A stretch of DNA of 64,000 bases from an uncultured Dehalococcoidales bacterium (lineage in GTDB: Bacteria; Chloroflexota; Dehalococcoidia; E44-bin15): assembly GCA_964428725.1 (NCBI GenBank), contig CAYRYW010000002.1, positions 27,733-91,732 of the forward strand, written 5' to 3'. The translations under genes were made by a program, and so were the position numbers. Shown piece after piece: positions 8,995 to 17,478 of this stretch; the first letter of the stretch is position 1; each line of letters opens with the position of its first letter. The notes beneath the pieces are model-generated. The model saw only the letters and a list, made by a program, of their open reading frames with translations. It had not been told where the DNA came from and searched no databases.

Positions 8995-9351
8995 ATGAAT
9001 GTTGAAGATGGGTCTTATGCTGATGTTGCGTCCGTTGAAGACTGTATGGTGACCACCACTGGGAAAGATGAGTACCTCACTGGGTATGAGGACGGGTTGG
9101 CCAAGGGCAAGCGGGACGCTAAGTTTAACAGTCAAGCTCTTCATATTGTGTACCTTACTTGCATTGCGTTCCTCTTTATCCTTTACATTGGATCGAGGTC
9201 TTTCAGGGCAATTGGTGAGCACGATGAACAGGTAATAGAGAACAAGTGCCGAGACATGTGTGAGCCATTTCGCATGGAGTCATGCGGCCCCAAGGCTAGG
9301 ACTGCAACGTGCAGGACTGTCGAGGGCTTTGTAGTGAGGAGTAAGGAATAA
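8995..9351 (+). CDS. membrane protein with C-terminal Cys-rich domain
   Basis: 118-aa ORF; TM helix; C-term CRDMCEPF...CGPKARTATCRTVEG similar to 8564 protein tail. Confidence 0.45.
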   Translation: MNVEDGSYADVASVEDCMVTTTGKDEYLTGYEDGLAKGKRDAKFNSQALHIVYLTCIAFLFILYIGSRSFRAIGEHDEQVIENKCRDMCEPFRMESCGPKARTATCRTVEGFVVRSKE

Positions 9352-9352
9352 A

Positions 9353-9583
9353 ATGAGTGAGTATACCTCCGAGCGGACAGTTTGGATAATCGTGGTGGCT
9401 CTTTTGCTTTTAGCGGCTACCTTGATTGAGTCTGGACAACGTGACGTTGCCCAAGAGGACGAAGGGCATGTTGCGCAGTGCGAGTGTGAGGAGTGCGAGC
9501 CGTGCGGAGCGTACTACGCTGAGCCATGCCCGACATTGGATGAACTTGAAGAAATGATTAATCTACTTAGGAGCCAGGAATGA
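9353..9583 (+). CDS. membrane-anchored Cys-rich protein with CPTLDELEE motif
   Basis: N-terminal TM, CECEECEPC...PCPTLDELEEMI. Confidence 0.45.
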   Translation: MSEYTSERTVWIIVVALLLLAATLIESGQRDVAQEDEGHVAQCECEECEPCGAYYAEPCPTLDELEEMINLLRSQE

Positions 9584-9822
9584 AAGACCGTAACGTGCTT
9601 TTTTGGCAGAGTGTCTTTATCGTCGTCTGTGCCGTTTTCATAGCCTTGCTCCTCCTTGATGGCGCCAGCTTCTCGGAGACACCAGAGGCACAGGAAGTCC
9701 TCGAAATACCTCTGCAAGAATGCCCATGCAGCTGCGAGGAAGTCATCAATTGCCTCGAAGACTGCAATGAGAAGCTAGAGGGAATCAACGAACTTCTTAA
9801 ACGCAGGTCAGGGGGCATGTGA
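9580..9822 (+). CDS. membrane-anchored Cys-rich protein
   Basis: TM then CPCSCEEVINCLEDCNEKLEGINELL; ATGA overlap. Confidence 0.45.
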   Translation: MKDRNVLFWQSVFIVVCAVFIALLLLDGASFSETPEAQEVLEIPLQECPCSCEEVINCLEDCNEKLEGINELLKRRSGGM

Positions 9823-10082
9823 TGCGTGATCGACTAGTTGTTTGGTTTGCGGCAGTGATGTCAGTGGTGTCTGTAATCGGGTTAATCGTTCTGTTCTTGA
9901 CATCACTTTATAACAACAGATTCACCCACGATGAGGCCAAGTCATGTCACTGTTACACCTATGAGGAGGCTGTCGGGATTTTTGATGGAACGATGGAGAG
10001 GCGCAATGATGCCTGCTATGGTACTAACAAATGTCCGTCCTTAACAGAGCTTGTGAATACAAAGGGCATGGAGAACTGGTGA
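9819..10082 (+). CDS. membrane-anchored Cys-rich protein with CPSLTEL motif
   Basis: TM then ...CYGTNKCPSLTELVNT. Confidence 0.45.
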   Translation: MMRDRLVVWFAAVMSVVSVIGLIVLFLTSLYNNRFTHDEAKSCHCYTYEEAVGIFDGTMERRNDACYGTNKCPSLTELVNTKGMENW

Positions 10083-10085
10083 AGC

Positions 10086-10370
10086 ATGAAGTCGAAGATT
10101 GTAGTAATGGTTCTAAGTATAATCGCTGCGGTGACGCTGCTGGCATTGGCGGTAACCAATATTTCCGGATGTGGAAAAAAGAAAGAGGAGTGCCCTCCTT
10201 GCCCGACGCTTGATGAGGTGAGAGAGATACTGGCCGGGACAAGACCTGCCCTTCCAAAGGGGTGTGGCCCCGAGTCGCCGAAGTGCCCTTCTATCGATGA
10301 GATGCTTTCAGAGGAAATGTCGCGCAGCTTCCGGATAATAGAGGACTATCGGCTAGGAGGGGCGAGGTGA
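10086..10370 (+). CDS. putative lipoprotein, Cys-rich, CPTLDEV/CPSIDEM motifs
   Basis: Signal peptide + lipobox ISGC; CPPCPTLDEVREI and KCPSIDEMLSEE. Confidence 0.5.
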   Translation: MKSKIVVMVLSIIAAVTLLALAVTNISGCGKKKEECPPCPTLDEVREILAGTRPALPKGCGPESPKCPSIDEMLSEEMSRSFRIIEDYRLGGAR

Positions 10371-10621
10371 TACTCGAAGGGACCGTCAAGAAGAGCAAAG
10401 AGTACTGGTTAGTAGAAGTGCCTGCGATCGATCTTATGACCCAGGGCAAGACTCGGGGCGAGGCGTTGGACATGATAATCGACGCGGTTGAGACCCTGGT
10501 AGATAAACCTGGTTTCAAGGTCGGGATACACGACAGGCGCAAGAACGTGATAGGTGTCTGGTCGGACGATGCTCAGGCTTTTATGGATCTGATGCTTGAG
10601 AGGGGTAAGAAGAGGGAGTAG
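10367..10621 (+). CDS. HicB-like antitoxin-fold protein (UPF0150), orphan
   Basis: GTG start after AGGAGGGG; EYWLVEVPAIDLMTQGKTRGEALDMIIDAVETLV matches HicB N-domain consensus (Y.A.VP.LPGC.TQG.T.EEAL.N..EAI). Confidence 0.5.
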   Translation: MILEGTVKKSKEYWLVEVPAIDLMTQGKTRGEALDMIIDAVETLVDKPGFKVGIHDRRKNVIGVWSDDAQAFMDLMLERGKKRE

Positions 10622-10626
10622 GCTTT

Positions 10627-10643
10627 GCGAACTTGAGTTCGCG
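10627..10643 (+). repeat. palindromic hairpin motif copy 3/12 (TTGA-loop orientation)
   Basis: GCGAACTTGAGTTCGCG 6 nt after stop of HicB-like gene. Confidence 0.7.
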
Positions 10644-10660
10644 AGAGCACGGGGGCTGAT

Positions 10661-10870
10661 ATGATAGAGTGGCCGAGGGTAGAATTTTTTACAGTTAGAC
10701 CTGTAATAGAATGCGGAGAAGAGAAGCGCAGACAGGCCATGGAGGTCCGGTGCAAAAAATGCCCCCACACCGACGAATGCAAGGGATTCCAGTACGGTGA
10801 CAAACTGGGACCTGCGGAAACTGCTGAGTTTTTGCGTATATACAGAGAAGAGTTGACAAACAAAAGATAG
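10661..10870 (+). CDS. hypothetical small protein (CKKCPHTDEC)
   Basis: 69-aa ORF. Confidence 0.4.
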   Translation: MIEWPRVEFFTVRPVIECGEEKRRQAMEVRCKKCPHTDECKGFQYGDKLGPAETAEFLRIYREELTNKR

Positions 10871-10933
10871 CAATGTAAGGGATCTGAGTGAGATGGCGAG
10901 CGACGATGCTCGTCAGAGGCGAAAAGAGGCAAG

Positions 10934-11275
10934 TTGATGGCTGGTTGTAATGGTTGCGAGCACGGGAAAGAAACGTTCAAGGTCGATGTCGTAGGCACGG
11001 TCGTTTATTGCAAGAAAAAGGGCAGGTCCGTGATTCCTGAGTTGTTTAACAATTGCCCTTCTCGTTCTACCATGGAGGGCAAGAAAGTCGCCAGGAGGGT
11101 GTTTCCAGACGAGAATGTGCCGTGCGATAATCCGTTTGATGAAGTGAAGCGTCTTGAGGGTCTTCTCAGGAATGCGAAGCGTGAGAATACCAAATTGCTG
11201 GACATGATAGGCAAGATGCGGGGCGCGAGCGCCGTAGTGATCAAAGCGGCTGATAAGGTATTGGGGGCGGGGTGA
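10934..11275 (+). CDS. hypothetical protein (Cys-containing)
   Basis: 113-aa ORF, GTGA overlap downstream. Confidence 0.45.
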   Translation: MMAGCNGCEHGKETFKVDVVGTVVYCKKKGRSVIPELFNNCPSRSTMEGKKVARRVFPDENVPCDNPFDEVKRLEGLLRNAKRENTKLLDMIGKMRGASAVVIKAADKVLGAG

Positions 11276-11685
11276 GCGAGCACAACAAGAGCGGGGAAAA
11301 ATGGGGAAGGACAGCTACGAAGGCGGCGGCTGTAAAGACGATCTTCGAGGCGGTCAGAACCGGGCGCATTATTCGTCCGGATACCTGTTCACAGTGCGGT
11401 GAAAAGCCGGGACTGGACGCGGTAGGTAATTCAAAGATTCAGGCAATACACACCAAGGGTTATGAGTTCGAGCACAGGATGGACGTGGTCTGGATGTGCG
11501 TGAGCTGTAGGAATAAATTTGCGTGGATAGCCAGGAGAGAGCGAGAGAACGAAAAGTGCGACATCTGCGGGGAGCCGACAAAAAGGGGAGAAGGCGAGCC
11601 CCGGCTGACACAGGTGAACGGAGAGGAACACGACAGTTATCACTCCATCTGTTTCGATTGCTATTTGCCTGGCGGATATGGCTGA
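11272..11685 (+). CDS. CxxC...AIH.KGY.FEHR...CVSCR zinc-ribbon protein (paralog of 5056..5364) plus second CxxC pair
   Basis: Shared motif with 5056 ORF; additional CDICGEP...CFDCY. Confidence 0.5.
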   Translation: MSEHNKSGEKWGRTATKAAAVKTIFEAVRTGRIIRPDTCSQCGEKPGLDAVGNSKIQAIHTKGYEFEHRMDVVWMCVSCRNKFAWIARRERENEKCDICGEPTKRGEGEPRLTQVNGEEHDSYHSICFDCYLPGGYG

Positions 11686-11696
11686 GGAGAAAAGGG

Positions 11697-12107
11697 ATGT
11701 CGGATTACTTTAAGCAGGCGAACGTTGCGTTTTTGATTTTGGCGGCGTTGTCCCTGGAGAAATCACTGGAAATCACGTGGTTCATGACACTGTTTCCGTA
11801 TTTGCTGATAGTGATATGGTGGTTGCTTGATTATCTGGTCCGGCCATGGTTCGGGCTGTCCAGCGAGGACACCTCTGATGACAGCATGGTCAGGGGGCTA
11901 GTGGACGGGACGTTCAATAATGCGAGGGCAGCCAAGTCTGTGTTACGGTACTATTGTGACAGCGTTTGTTCCCAGGATTACGGAGACTCGAAGCATTGTG
12001 AACGGTGTGAGCACATGAGGGCGCGTGAGTTTTTTGAGGCGGTGGATAGCATAGGTGCAAAGATCCGGTCGCGCAAGAGGCTCGAAGGAGAGGGCCGGAA
12101 TGCCTGA
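11697..12107 (+). CDS. membrane protein (2 TM) with Cys-rich C-terminus
   Basis: GAGGAG SD before ATG 11697; ORF track start 11523 overlaps previous gene and is likely spurious extension. Confidence 0.45.
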   Translation: MSDYFKQANVAFLILAALSLEKSLEITWFMTLFPYLLIVIWWLLDYLVRPWFGLSSEDTSDDSMVRGLVDGTFNNARAAKSVLRYYCDSVCSQDYGDSKHCERCEHMRAREFFEAVDSIGAKIRSRKRLEGEGRNA

Positions 12108-12330
12108 AATCGGAGGATCGGTTGCTGAGGTAATCGTGGAGCAGGCTGCGACCATCAAACACCAGGCTGCGGTTATCGAACATCTCAGGAGTGTCATTCT
12201 GGATCTGTGTCCGAGGGTTACGGTGAAGGATGTAGCCGATCTTGTGGCTATAGAGGCGGATCTAAAGAGGGCGGCTGCCAAGCGCAAGGAAATACGAGAG
12301 AAGCACAACATAGGGGGGTCTGATGGCTAA
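12100..12330 (+). CDS. hypothetical small protein
   Basis: GGAGAGGG SD before ATG 12100. Confidence 0.35.
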   Translation: MPEIGGSVAEVIVEQAATIKHQAAVIEHLRSVILDLCPRVTVKDVADLVAIEADLKRAAAKRKEIREKHNIGGSDG

Positions 12331-12733
12331 CTGTCACGAGTGCGAGCACAACGAGGAATTCAATACGAAGTTTGTGTGGTGCGATGCCAAGAAGTGGCAC
12401 GTCGAGCCTCATAACGAGCAGGACTGCAAAGAGTTCAAGAGCACCCTTGGGCGCAAGTTGTCTCCCAGTGAGGCAATCATGGGTTTTGCGCAGTGGCTCT
12501 CTACCCGGAACTATGAAGTTTCGATGTCGTGCCAGTGTGATCGCCGTACGGTCAAGGAGTTGATCGATGCTTATTGCGAATCGAACAATCTGGAGGATCC
12601 GAAGAGCGGGTGGTGGTCCATCTCCAAAGATCCGGGCAGCGATTACATGTCGGAAAGAGAGATAAGAAAATCGAACGAGCTGGGGATACTGGCTCCATTC
12701 AAGAGGGTGAAAAATGGAATGGGTAAAAGATAA
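12323..12733 (+). CDS. Cys/His-rich hypothetical protein
   Basis: 136-aa ORF: CHECEH...C...C...CQCDRR. Confidence 0.5.
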   Translation: MANCHECEHNEEFNTKFVWCDAKKWHVEPHNEQDCKEFKSTLGRKLSPSEAIMGFAQWLSTRNYEVSMSCQCDRRTVKELIDAYCESNNLEDPKSGWWSISKDPGSDYMSEREIRKSNELGILAPFKRVKNGMGKR

Positions 12734-13115
12734 GTTTAAGAATTTCTCTAGCTTGTCCATATGGATGAAGATCCTGACGGTCCTGGCGGCTATCCTGTTC
12801 CCTGTCCTGTTCGTGCTCTGGGTAGTGGGCAAAGTTGCTGGCTACAAAAGAGGATCCATTGCTGACAGAGAGGGTGGGTCGGACGAGGCTCACGAGAGCG
12901 TCGTTGACGTTGCTCTTGACGAGTTGGTTATTGTGGATCTTGGTATAGAGAAAGGCCAGAAAGAGGCAAAGATAAAGAGGCTGATCGCTGAAGAGAAGGT
13001 AATGGAGGAAGACAATGGCCGGAAGGAATTCCATGACAAAGTTGATGCTGCTGCTGACGCTGGTGGCGTCGATACTATTTTACTCTGGAGAGATGATCGC
13101 AGAGGAAAAGACTAG
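12714..13115 (+). CDS. membrane protein
   Basis: 133-aa ORF with N-terminal TM helix. Confidence 0.45.
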   Translation: MEWVKDKFKNFSSLSIWMKILTVLAAILFPVLFVLWVVGKVAGYKRGSIADREGGSDEAHESVVDVALDELVIVDLGIEKGQKEAKIKRLIAEEKVMEEDNGRKEFHDKVDAAADAGGVDTILLWRDDRRGKD

Positions 13116-13542
13116 CGTCGAGTTCGATGCGTTCAGGCTATTGGACTCGGCACCCAAAGCCAGGCGAGAGCTTCCAAGGGGGAAGAAGATAGTAAGAGAC
13201 GGTGTGGAGTACCAGGCTTTCACGGCGCGAGAGCTTGCCGAGATCGTCAAATTGGAAGACGACTATGTGTGGCTCCACAAGCGGTTCTTCCCGCTAGTTC
13301 ACGCGCACGCGCAGGGGCACTTGGAACTCAAGGCGCTGGATAACAGGAAGGCGCTGTGCGATGGTTCGAAGGAGATCCTAACAAGTGATCGCCTGTACTA
13401 CAAAGAGCGACTGAAAGAGAACAAGGCGTATACGCTAAAGCTCTCGAAGAGCGCCAAGGTAGAAAAGGTTTTACTGATAGGTGCTGTATTGATTGAGGCG
13501 GCGATCATAGGGGCGCTGGGCGTCAAGGTTGTTGTTGACTGA
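13015..13542 (+). CDS. secreted/membrane-anchored protein (signal peptide, C-terminal TM)
   Basis: GGAGG SD 6 nt before ATG; hydrophobic N-term LMLLLTLVASILF and C-term LLIGAVLIEAAIIGALG. Confidence 0.5.
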   Translation: MAGRNSMTKLMLLLTLVASILFYSGEMIAEEKTSVEFDAFRLLDSAPKARRELPRGKKIVRDGVEYQAFTARELAEIVKLEDDYVWLHKRFFPLVHAHAQGHLELKALDNRKALCDGSKEILTSDRLYYKERLKENKAYTLKLSKSAKVEKVLLIGAVLIEAAIIGALGVKVVVD

Positions 13543-13556
13543 GAAGGGCGAGAGAG

Positions 13557-13766
13557 ATGAAAGTTGATATTGAGCCGTTCGTTGCGATTGTCATAGTCGT
13601 CGGGATACTGGGGGCCATGTTCATTGGGCAGTACAACTGGAATGTCTGTGAGAAGTGCGATGTTTGCCATGAGGTAGATGTTGACTCTGATGAGCAAGAC
13701 GGCGGAGTCTTTGTTGAGAATGTTCCGTATCAGGTTGTCCCAATAGAGGTTGGAGCTATGCCATGA
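13557..13766 (+). CDS. small membrane protein
   Basis: 69-aa ORF with TM helix and CEKCDVCHE. Confidence 0.4.
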   Translation: MKVDIEPFVAIVIVVGILGAMFIGQYNWNVCEKCDVCHEVDVDSDEQDGGVFVENVPYQVVPIEVGAMP

Positions 13767-13942
13767 CCACGATTCAAGTAATTACAGTTGCTCTTTGTAT
13801 TTTCTCGCTTGCGACTTCATGCTTGGCGTTTGCTCTTACCTTCAGGAAGGCGAGAGGGTCAGAAATAGCCAGGGATAGGACACTCAGGATCTTAGGTGAG
13901 ATAGAGAGAGAAGCTGAAAAGTGGAATAAGGAGATCAGTTGA
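13763..13942 (+). CDS. small membrane protein (59 aa, unlisted)
   Basis: ATG 13763 overlapping upstream TGA; TM helix; stop overlaps next ATG. Confidence 0.3.
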   Translation: MTTIQVITVALCIFSLATSCLAFALTFRKARGSEIARDRTLRILGEIEREAEKWNKEIS

Positions 13943-14250
13943 TGGATTGTTTTGCTTGCGGATATTCAGACACAGGCGGCGACTTCGTGAGGTGCTGGCA
14001 AGGTGACCGAGAGGGGAAGAGGATCAGCAGAGAAGAGTCGATAAAGGGTTGTAAGTATATAGATTGTACTGGTGAAGAGTGGAGGCACCCGATCCAGATT
14101 GCGCCAGCGGAAAAGGGCGTCAAGGGGACTTTGTATGCGCTCTGCAACGATCATACGATCTGGTCTTATGCAGTGGGGGCCAAGGCGTGGTCGCGAATAA
14201 AGGGGATCCCTCAGCGCAAAAAGGGGGAGGAAGTTGATGGAGCGCGTTAA
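13942..14250 (+). CDS. Cys-rich protein with ALCNDHTIW motif (paralog of 15334..15705 C-terminus)
   Basis: 103-aa ORF; GVKGTLYALCNDHTIWSY vs GDKEVVVALCNDGTTWEL. Confidence 0.45.
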   Translation: MDCFACGYSDTGGDFVRCWQGDREGKRISREESIKGCKYIDCTGEEWRHPIQIAPAEKGVKGTLYALCNDHTIWSYAVGAKAWSRIKGIPQRKKGEEVDGAR

Positions 14251-14261
14251 TAGGGAGACAG

Positions 14262-14843
14262 TTGATGCCTGATGATAAATTGAAAGGTTGCCTTACACCC
14301 GTGGAGGTGCTTGAGAAACTGGGATCGGTTAGTTTCGTGAGGCCAGTGACGGATGACACAGAGAGGTACGCTGAGCAGAGTGGGTGGTTAAGATCTCATG
14401 CTGAGGATATTTCCGTCCTTACAATTGAGCATCTAACCGATTTTTGCGCCCTGGATTGCAAAGCGTGCTCTCCTGGCTGCCCCGGCTGCCCGATTGGGTG
14501 CGAGATAGAGATCCGGGCAATGGAGGGCAAAGGGCTCCGCGTTAGGGTGGATGAGAAGGACGGTACTACTTGCATGACCATGATCCACGGCGGGAAAGAG
14601 CCAGAGCCGTTAAGGTTCGACATAGGCCCTGTCGCCGAAGATACGGACGTTATGATGCTGGTCGGAAACGACTTCCGAATTGTGAAGGCCGGGGACTTGG
14701 CTGATCACGTGAACAAGGTCCGGGATGCCAAGGGGGTTAGCAGGGGTCTGGGTTTGAGCGGAGAGGTGGCCAAGGGGCTCAAGGAGAGCGCCGAGCATAT
14801 CAGAAAAATGGAAGCAAAACGCTGGGTGGGCAATGATGAGTGA
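14262..14843 (+). CDS. hypothetical protein (central Cys cluster CKACSPGCPGCPIGC)
   Basis: 193-aa ORF. Confidence 0.5.
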   Translation: MMPDDKLKGCLTPVEVLEKLGSVSFVRPVTDDTERYAEQSGWLRSHAEDISVLTIEHLTDFCALDCKACSPGCPGCPIGCEIEIRAMEGKGLRVRVDEKDGTTCMTMIHGGKEPEPLRFDIGPVAEDTDVMMLVGNDFRIVKAGDLADHVNKVRDAKGVSRGLGLSGEVAKGLKESAEHIRKMEAKRWVGNDE

Positions 14844-15216
14844 CGAGTTGAAAGTTGGAGACGTGGTCTACGGAAAGTCTACAGAATGGGGATGGAGGGG
14901 GATGGTGACCGGTCCCCCTAGAACCATTACCCGTGAGACGAAGACGTTGTGGATAACCGACGAGGGAACGCCGAACGAGCACAGGTGGAAGAAGGCGGGC
15001 ATGGGTTTGAGTCTCTACGATGACAAGGCGAGAGCCGACAGGAAGATCTACCAGGAGAACAAGGAGATCGGGATATTGCTGTACAGGCTGGGAAAGTTCA
15101 GATTCGACAGGCCCAGAGCCTGCACTCCAGAGGTGGCAAATCTTCTGCGGTTGGCTGTTAAGATCCTGTCGGATGAGGAACTGTCAAAGGAAAAGGCAGA
15201 CCTCTCGCCCAAGTGA
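14833..15216 (+). CDS. hypothetical protein (paralog of 7045..7437)
   Basis: 127-aa ORF. Confidence 0.5.
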   Translation: MMSDELKVGDVVYGKSTEWGWRGMVTGPPRTITRETKTLWITDEGTPNEHRWKKAGMGLSLYDDKARADRKIYQENKEIGILLYRLGKFRFDRPRACTPEVANLLRLAVKILSDEELSKEKADLSPK

Positions 15217-15247
15217 ACCATTAGGGGATTCCTGATAGTTGGATGCT

Positions 15248-15264
15248 CGCGAACTTGAGTTCGC
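15248..15264 (+). repeat. palindromic hairpin motif copy 4/12
   Basis: CGCGAACTTGAGTTCGC 32 nt after stop, 7 nt before TTGACA. Confidence 0.7.
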
Positions 15265-15271
15265 AATTCTG

Positions 15272-15300
15272 TTGACAAAGCATCATGCGGCCTGTAAATT
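15272..15300 (+). promoter_or_regulatory. sigma70-like promoter TTGACA-N17-TAAATT
   Basis: ctgTTGACAaag...gcctgTAAATT upstream of 15334 gene. Confidence 0.5.
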
Positions 15301-15333
15301 GCCAGGGTGGAAAGTTGATAGTGGAGGCTGAAA

Positions 15334-15705
15334 ATGAAGATGAAGATTGGCGAGGCAAAAGAGATGATTAAGGTTTGCAGCGATTGTGTTCATGGCCGGG
15401 GTTACTCGGATTTGGTTCACTGTTGCCACCCTAGTGGTAAATTTTCCTTACCCAACATTGACATTAGAACTGCTGAAAAATGCAAATTCTTTCAGGTAAA
15501 GCCGGATTTGGAACGCCCCAGGGTGAGTCCTGTGTCGCGCAAGATTATCGGTATAGCAGGATACGGGGACAAGGAAGTAGTTGTTGCGTTGTGTAACGAC
15601 GGTACGACATGGGAGCTGTGGCGCGAGCTAGTGGATATTCAGAATGGCCAGGCTGAGTACAGGGATTCATGGAGGAAGTTGCCTCCGATTCCACAGGACG
15701 AATAA
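15334..15705 (+). CDS. Cys-containing protein with ALCNDGTTW motif
   Basis: 123-aa ORF downstream of promoter. Confidence 0.5.
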   Translation: MKMKIGEAKEMIKVCSDCVHGRGYSDLVHCCHPSGKFSLPNIDIRTAEKCKFFQVKPDLERPRVSPVSRKIIGIAGYGDKEVVVALCNDGTTWELWRELVDIQNGQAEYRDSWRKLPPIPQDE

Positions 15706-15716
15706 GAAGGTTCAAA

Positions 15717-15956
15717 ATGAATAAAGCAGAGGCAAAAAGAAGGGTCTGCATGGATGTAGCAAGGTATCTGCGTGTCAATGCCGAGCTTGTGTTGGACAGG
15801 CTGGAGGCGCACGCCTTGGATCATAATTCGTTGCCATCGGCGCGAAAAACCGATTCGGAGAGAATGGTGGAGGCTACCTTGGAATTGGCAGCCGAGCTAG
15901 AGCGCCGGGGCACCCGTAGATACAGAGATGAGTCGGGGGACAACCAAGATGTATAA
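15717..15956 (+). CDS. hypothetical small protein
   Basis: ATG 15717 after AAGAAGG. Confidence 0.4.
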   Translation: MNKAEAKRRVCMDVARYLRVNAELVLDRLEAHALDHNSLPSARKTDSERMVEATLELAAELERRGTRRYRDESGDNQDV

Positions 15957-16158
15957 GCCGAACAAGGTTGAGATATTTTTGCCGGATGGAACGAGGCTGT
16001 TCTCGTCCGAGGATAAGCCGCCTGCGAAGAATGCGTACGCCTATCCGCCTCCGGTATCGGGGGTTGTCGGGCTAAAGAGGACGGCCAAGGACGGCGACGA
16101 CTACGATGGCCTAGTTGGTTTTTTGATTGCTGGTAAGGAGAAGGATGATGAGCGTTGA
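15949..16158 (+). CDS. hypothetical small protein
   Basis: ATG 15949; overlaps neighbours. Confidence 0.35.
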   Translation: MYKPNKVEIFLPDGTRLFSSEDKPPAKNAYAYPPPVSGVVGLKRTAKDGDDYDGLVGFLIAGKEKDDER

Positions 16159-17135
16159 TGACAAATAAATCCAAGATAACCTGGACTGACAGAACGTGGA
16201 ACATAATGACAGGATGCACCCAGGTGTCGGACGGTTGCAAATTCTGCTATGCGAAGCGACAGGCTAGGCGGCTGGCGACGATCCCAGGCAGTGGGTACGA
16301 GGGTGACTATGCGCACCCGTTTGACGGCATGGGCTTCGAGGTCCGGCTGAGGCCAGACAGGATGGAGGATCCCAAGGGATGGAGGAAGCCGTCCAAGGTG
16401 TTCGTCTGCTCCATGGGCGATCTGTTTCACGAGGAAGTTCCGTTTGAGTTCATCGGAGAGGCGTTCTATGTAATGGCGCGGACTCCTCAGCATACGTATC
16501 AGGTGCTCACGAAGCGACCGGCACGAATGCTCGAATTCTTTGAGTGGCTGGGCGGCACGAGCGGCGCGGGCTGGATAGCGATGCGTAAGGATTGCGTGTT
16601 CCCTCTCCCTAATGTGTGGCTAGGTGTATCGGTAGAGAACCAGGCGGCGGCGGACGAGCGCATTCCGATATTAGCTAAGGTTCCTGCTGCTGTTCGGTTC
16701 TTGAGCTGCGAGCCATTGCTGGGGTTCGTTAACCTGGGCTTCGGAGGTTCTTTTCCCAGTCATGGCCGATGGGGATGGATGGACAACGAGGTGATTCATC
16801 TCGTAATTGTTGGGGGAGAGAGCGGGCCTGGCGCACGCCCTATGCACCCAGAGTGGGCGATAGATCTGAGGGATCAATGTGTGGGTCACGACGTTCCGTT
16901 CATGTTCAAGCAATGGGGTGAATTCCAGCACGGGAGTGATTTGTCTAGGTCAACTGTGAACAAGATAGTTTTGAACGATGGTCGATATTGCGATACTCCT
17001 GCTGAACTTGGTTTTTCATCATCTGATGCCAGGAAGTGGTACGATCTGGATCCGACCATGATGGGCAAGGTCGGGAAGAAGAAAGCGGGCAGGTTGCTCA
17101 AAGGCAAGCTATGGAACGAGTATCCAAGAGAGTAG
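16155..17135 (+). CDS. phage Gp37/Gp68-family protein (DUF5131-like)
   Basis: TWNIMTGCTQVSDGCKFCYA, FVCSMGDLFHE, RFLSCEPLLG, VIVGGESG...ARPMHPEW, PFMFKQWG blocks match that family as I recall it. Confidence 0.55.
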   Translation: MMTNKSKITWTDRTWNIMTGCTQVSDGCKFCYAKRQARRLATIPGSGYEGDYAHPFDGMGFEVRLRPDRMEDPKGWRKPSKVFVCSMGDLFHEEVPFEFIGEAFYVMARTPQHTYQVLTKRPARMLEFFEWLGGTSGAGWIAMRKDCVFPLPNVWLGVSVENQAAADERIPILAKVPAAVRFLSCEPLLGFVNLGFGGSFPSHGRWGWMDNEVIHLVIVGGESGPGARPMHPEWAIDLRDQCVGHDVPFMFKQWGEFQHGSDLSRSTVNKIVLNDGRYCDTPAELGFSSSDARKWYDLDPTMMGKVGKKKAGRLLKGKLWNEYPRE

Positions 17136-17410
17136 CGAATTGCGAGTTGGAAGAGTTTTATCAGTTGCTCACGCGCGCACAGGGTGCCCTCTCCAAGGGC
17201 ATAGCGGCCATACGAAGGTTCGATAAGAGCAAGCAGGGGAAGGGCGTCATGAGGGACGCAGCGACGCGGGTGCGTGCGCTTGCGATGATCAATGATCGGA
17301 TGGCCGTCCGTCGTCATGAGGTTGGGCGTCAACTAGACAAGAAAAATGCTGCGGTTCTAATGCCGTGGCAGACGAGTACACTCGGGCATTATGACTCGCC
17401 TCCGGCATAG
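17111..17410 (+). CDS. hypothetical protein (start uncertain)
   Basis: ORF open from 17036 overlapping previous gene; first internal ATG 17111. Confidence 0.35.
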   Translation: MERVSKRVANCELEEFYQLLTRAQGALSKGIAAIRRFDKSKQGKGVMRDAATRVRALAMINDRMAVRRHEVGRQLDKKNAAVLMPWQTSTLGHYDSPPA

Positions 17411-17478
17411 GCGATCACGTGCAGAGAGGGTGAACGAAAATGAGAGAATTAATAGAGAGGATAAAAGGAGGCAAGAAA

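Noticed and set aside
11523-11696. Upstream extension of the membrane-protein ORF (track start 11523)
   Set aside because: It overlaps the 11272..11685 gene in another frame and is Arg-rich nonsense. An internal ATG 11697 with GAGGAG SD is preferred.
12248-12832. Minus-strand ORFs of 100-250 aa across the window (e.g. 12248..12832, 17449..18090, 30789..31499, 38511..39155, 55493..56173)
   Set aside because: All lie antisense to well-supported + strand genes with SD sites and tight packing. Their translations are low-complexity (Ser/Leu/Arg-rich) with no motifs. Treated as antisense artefacts.
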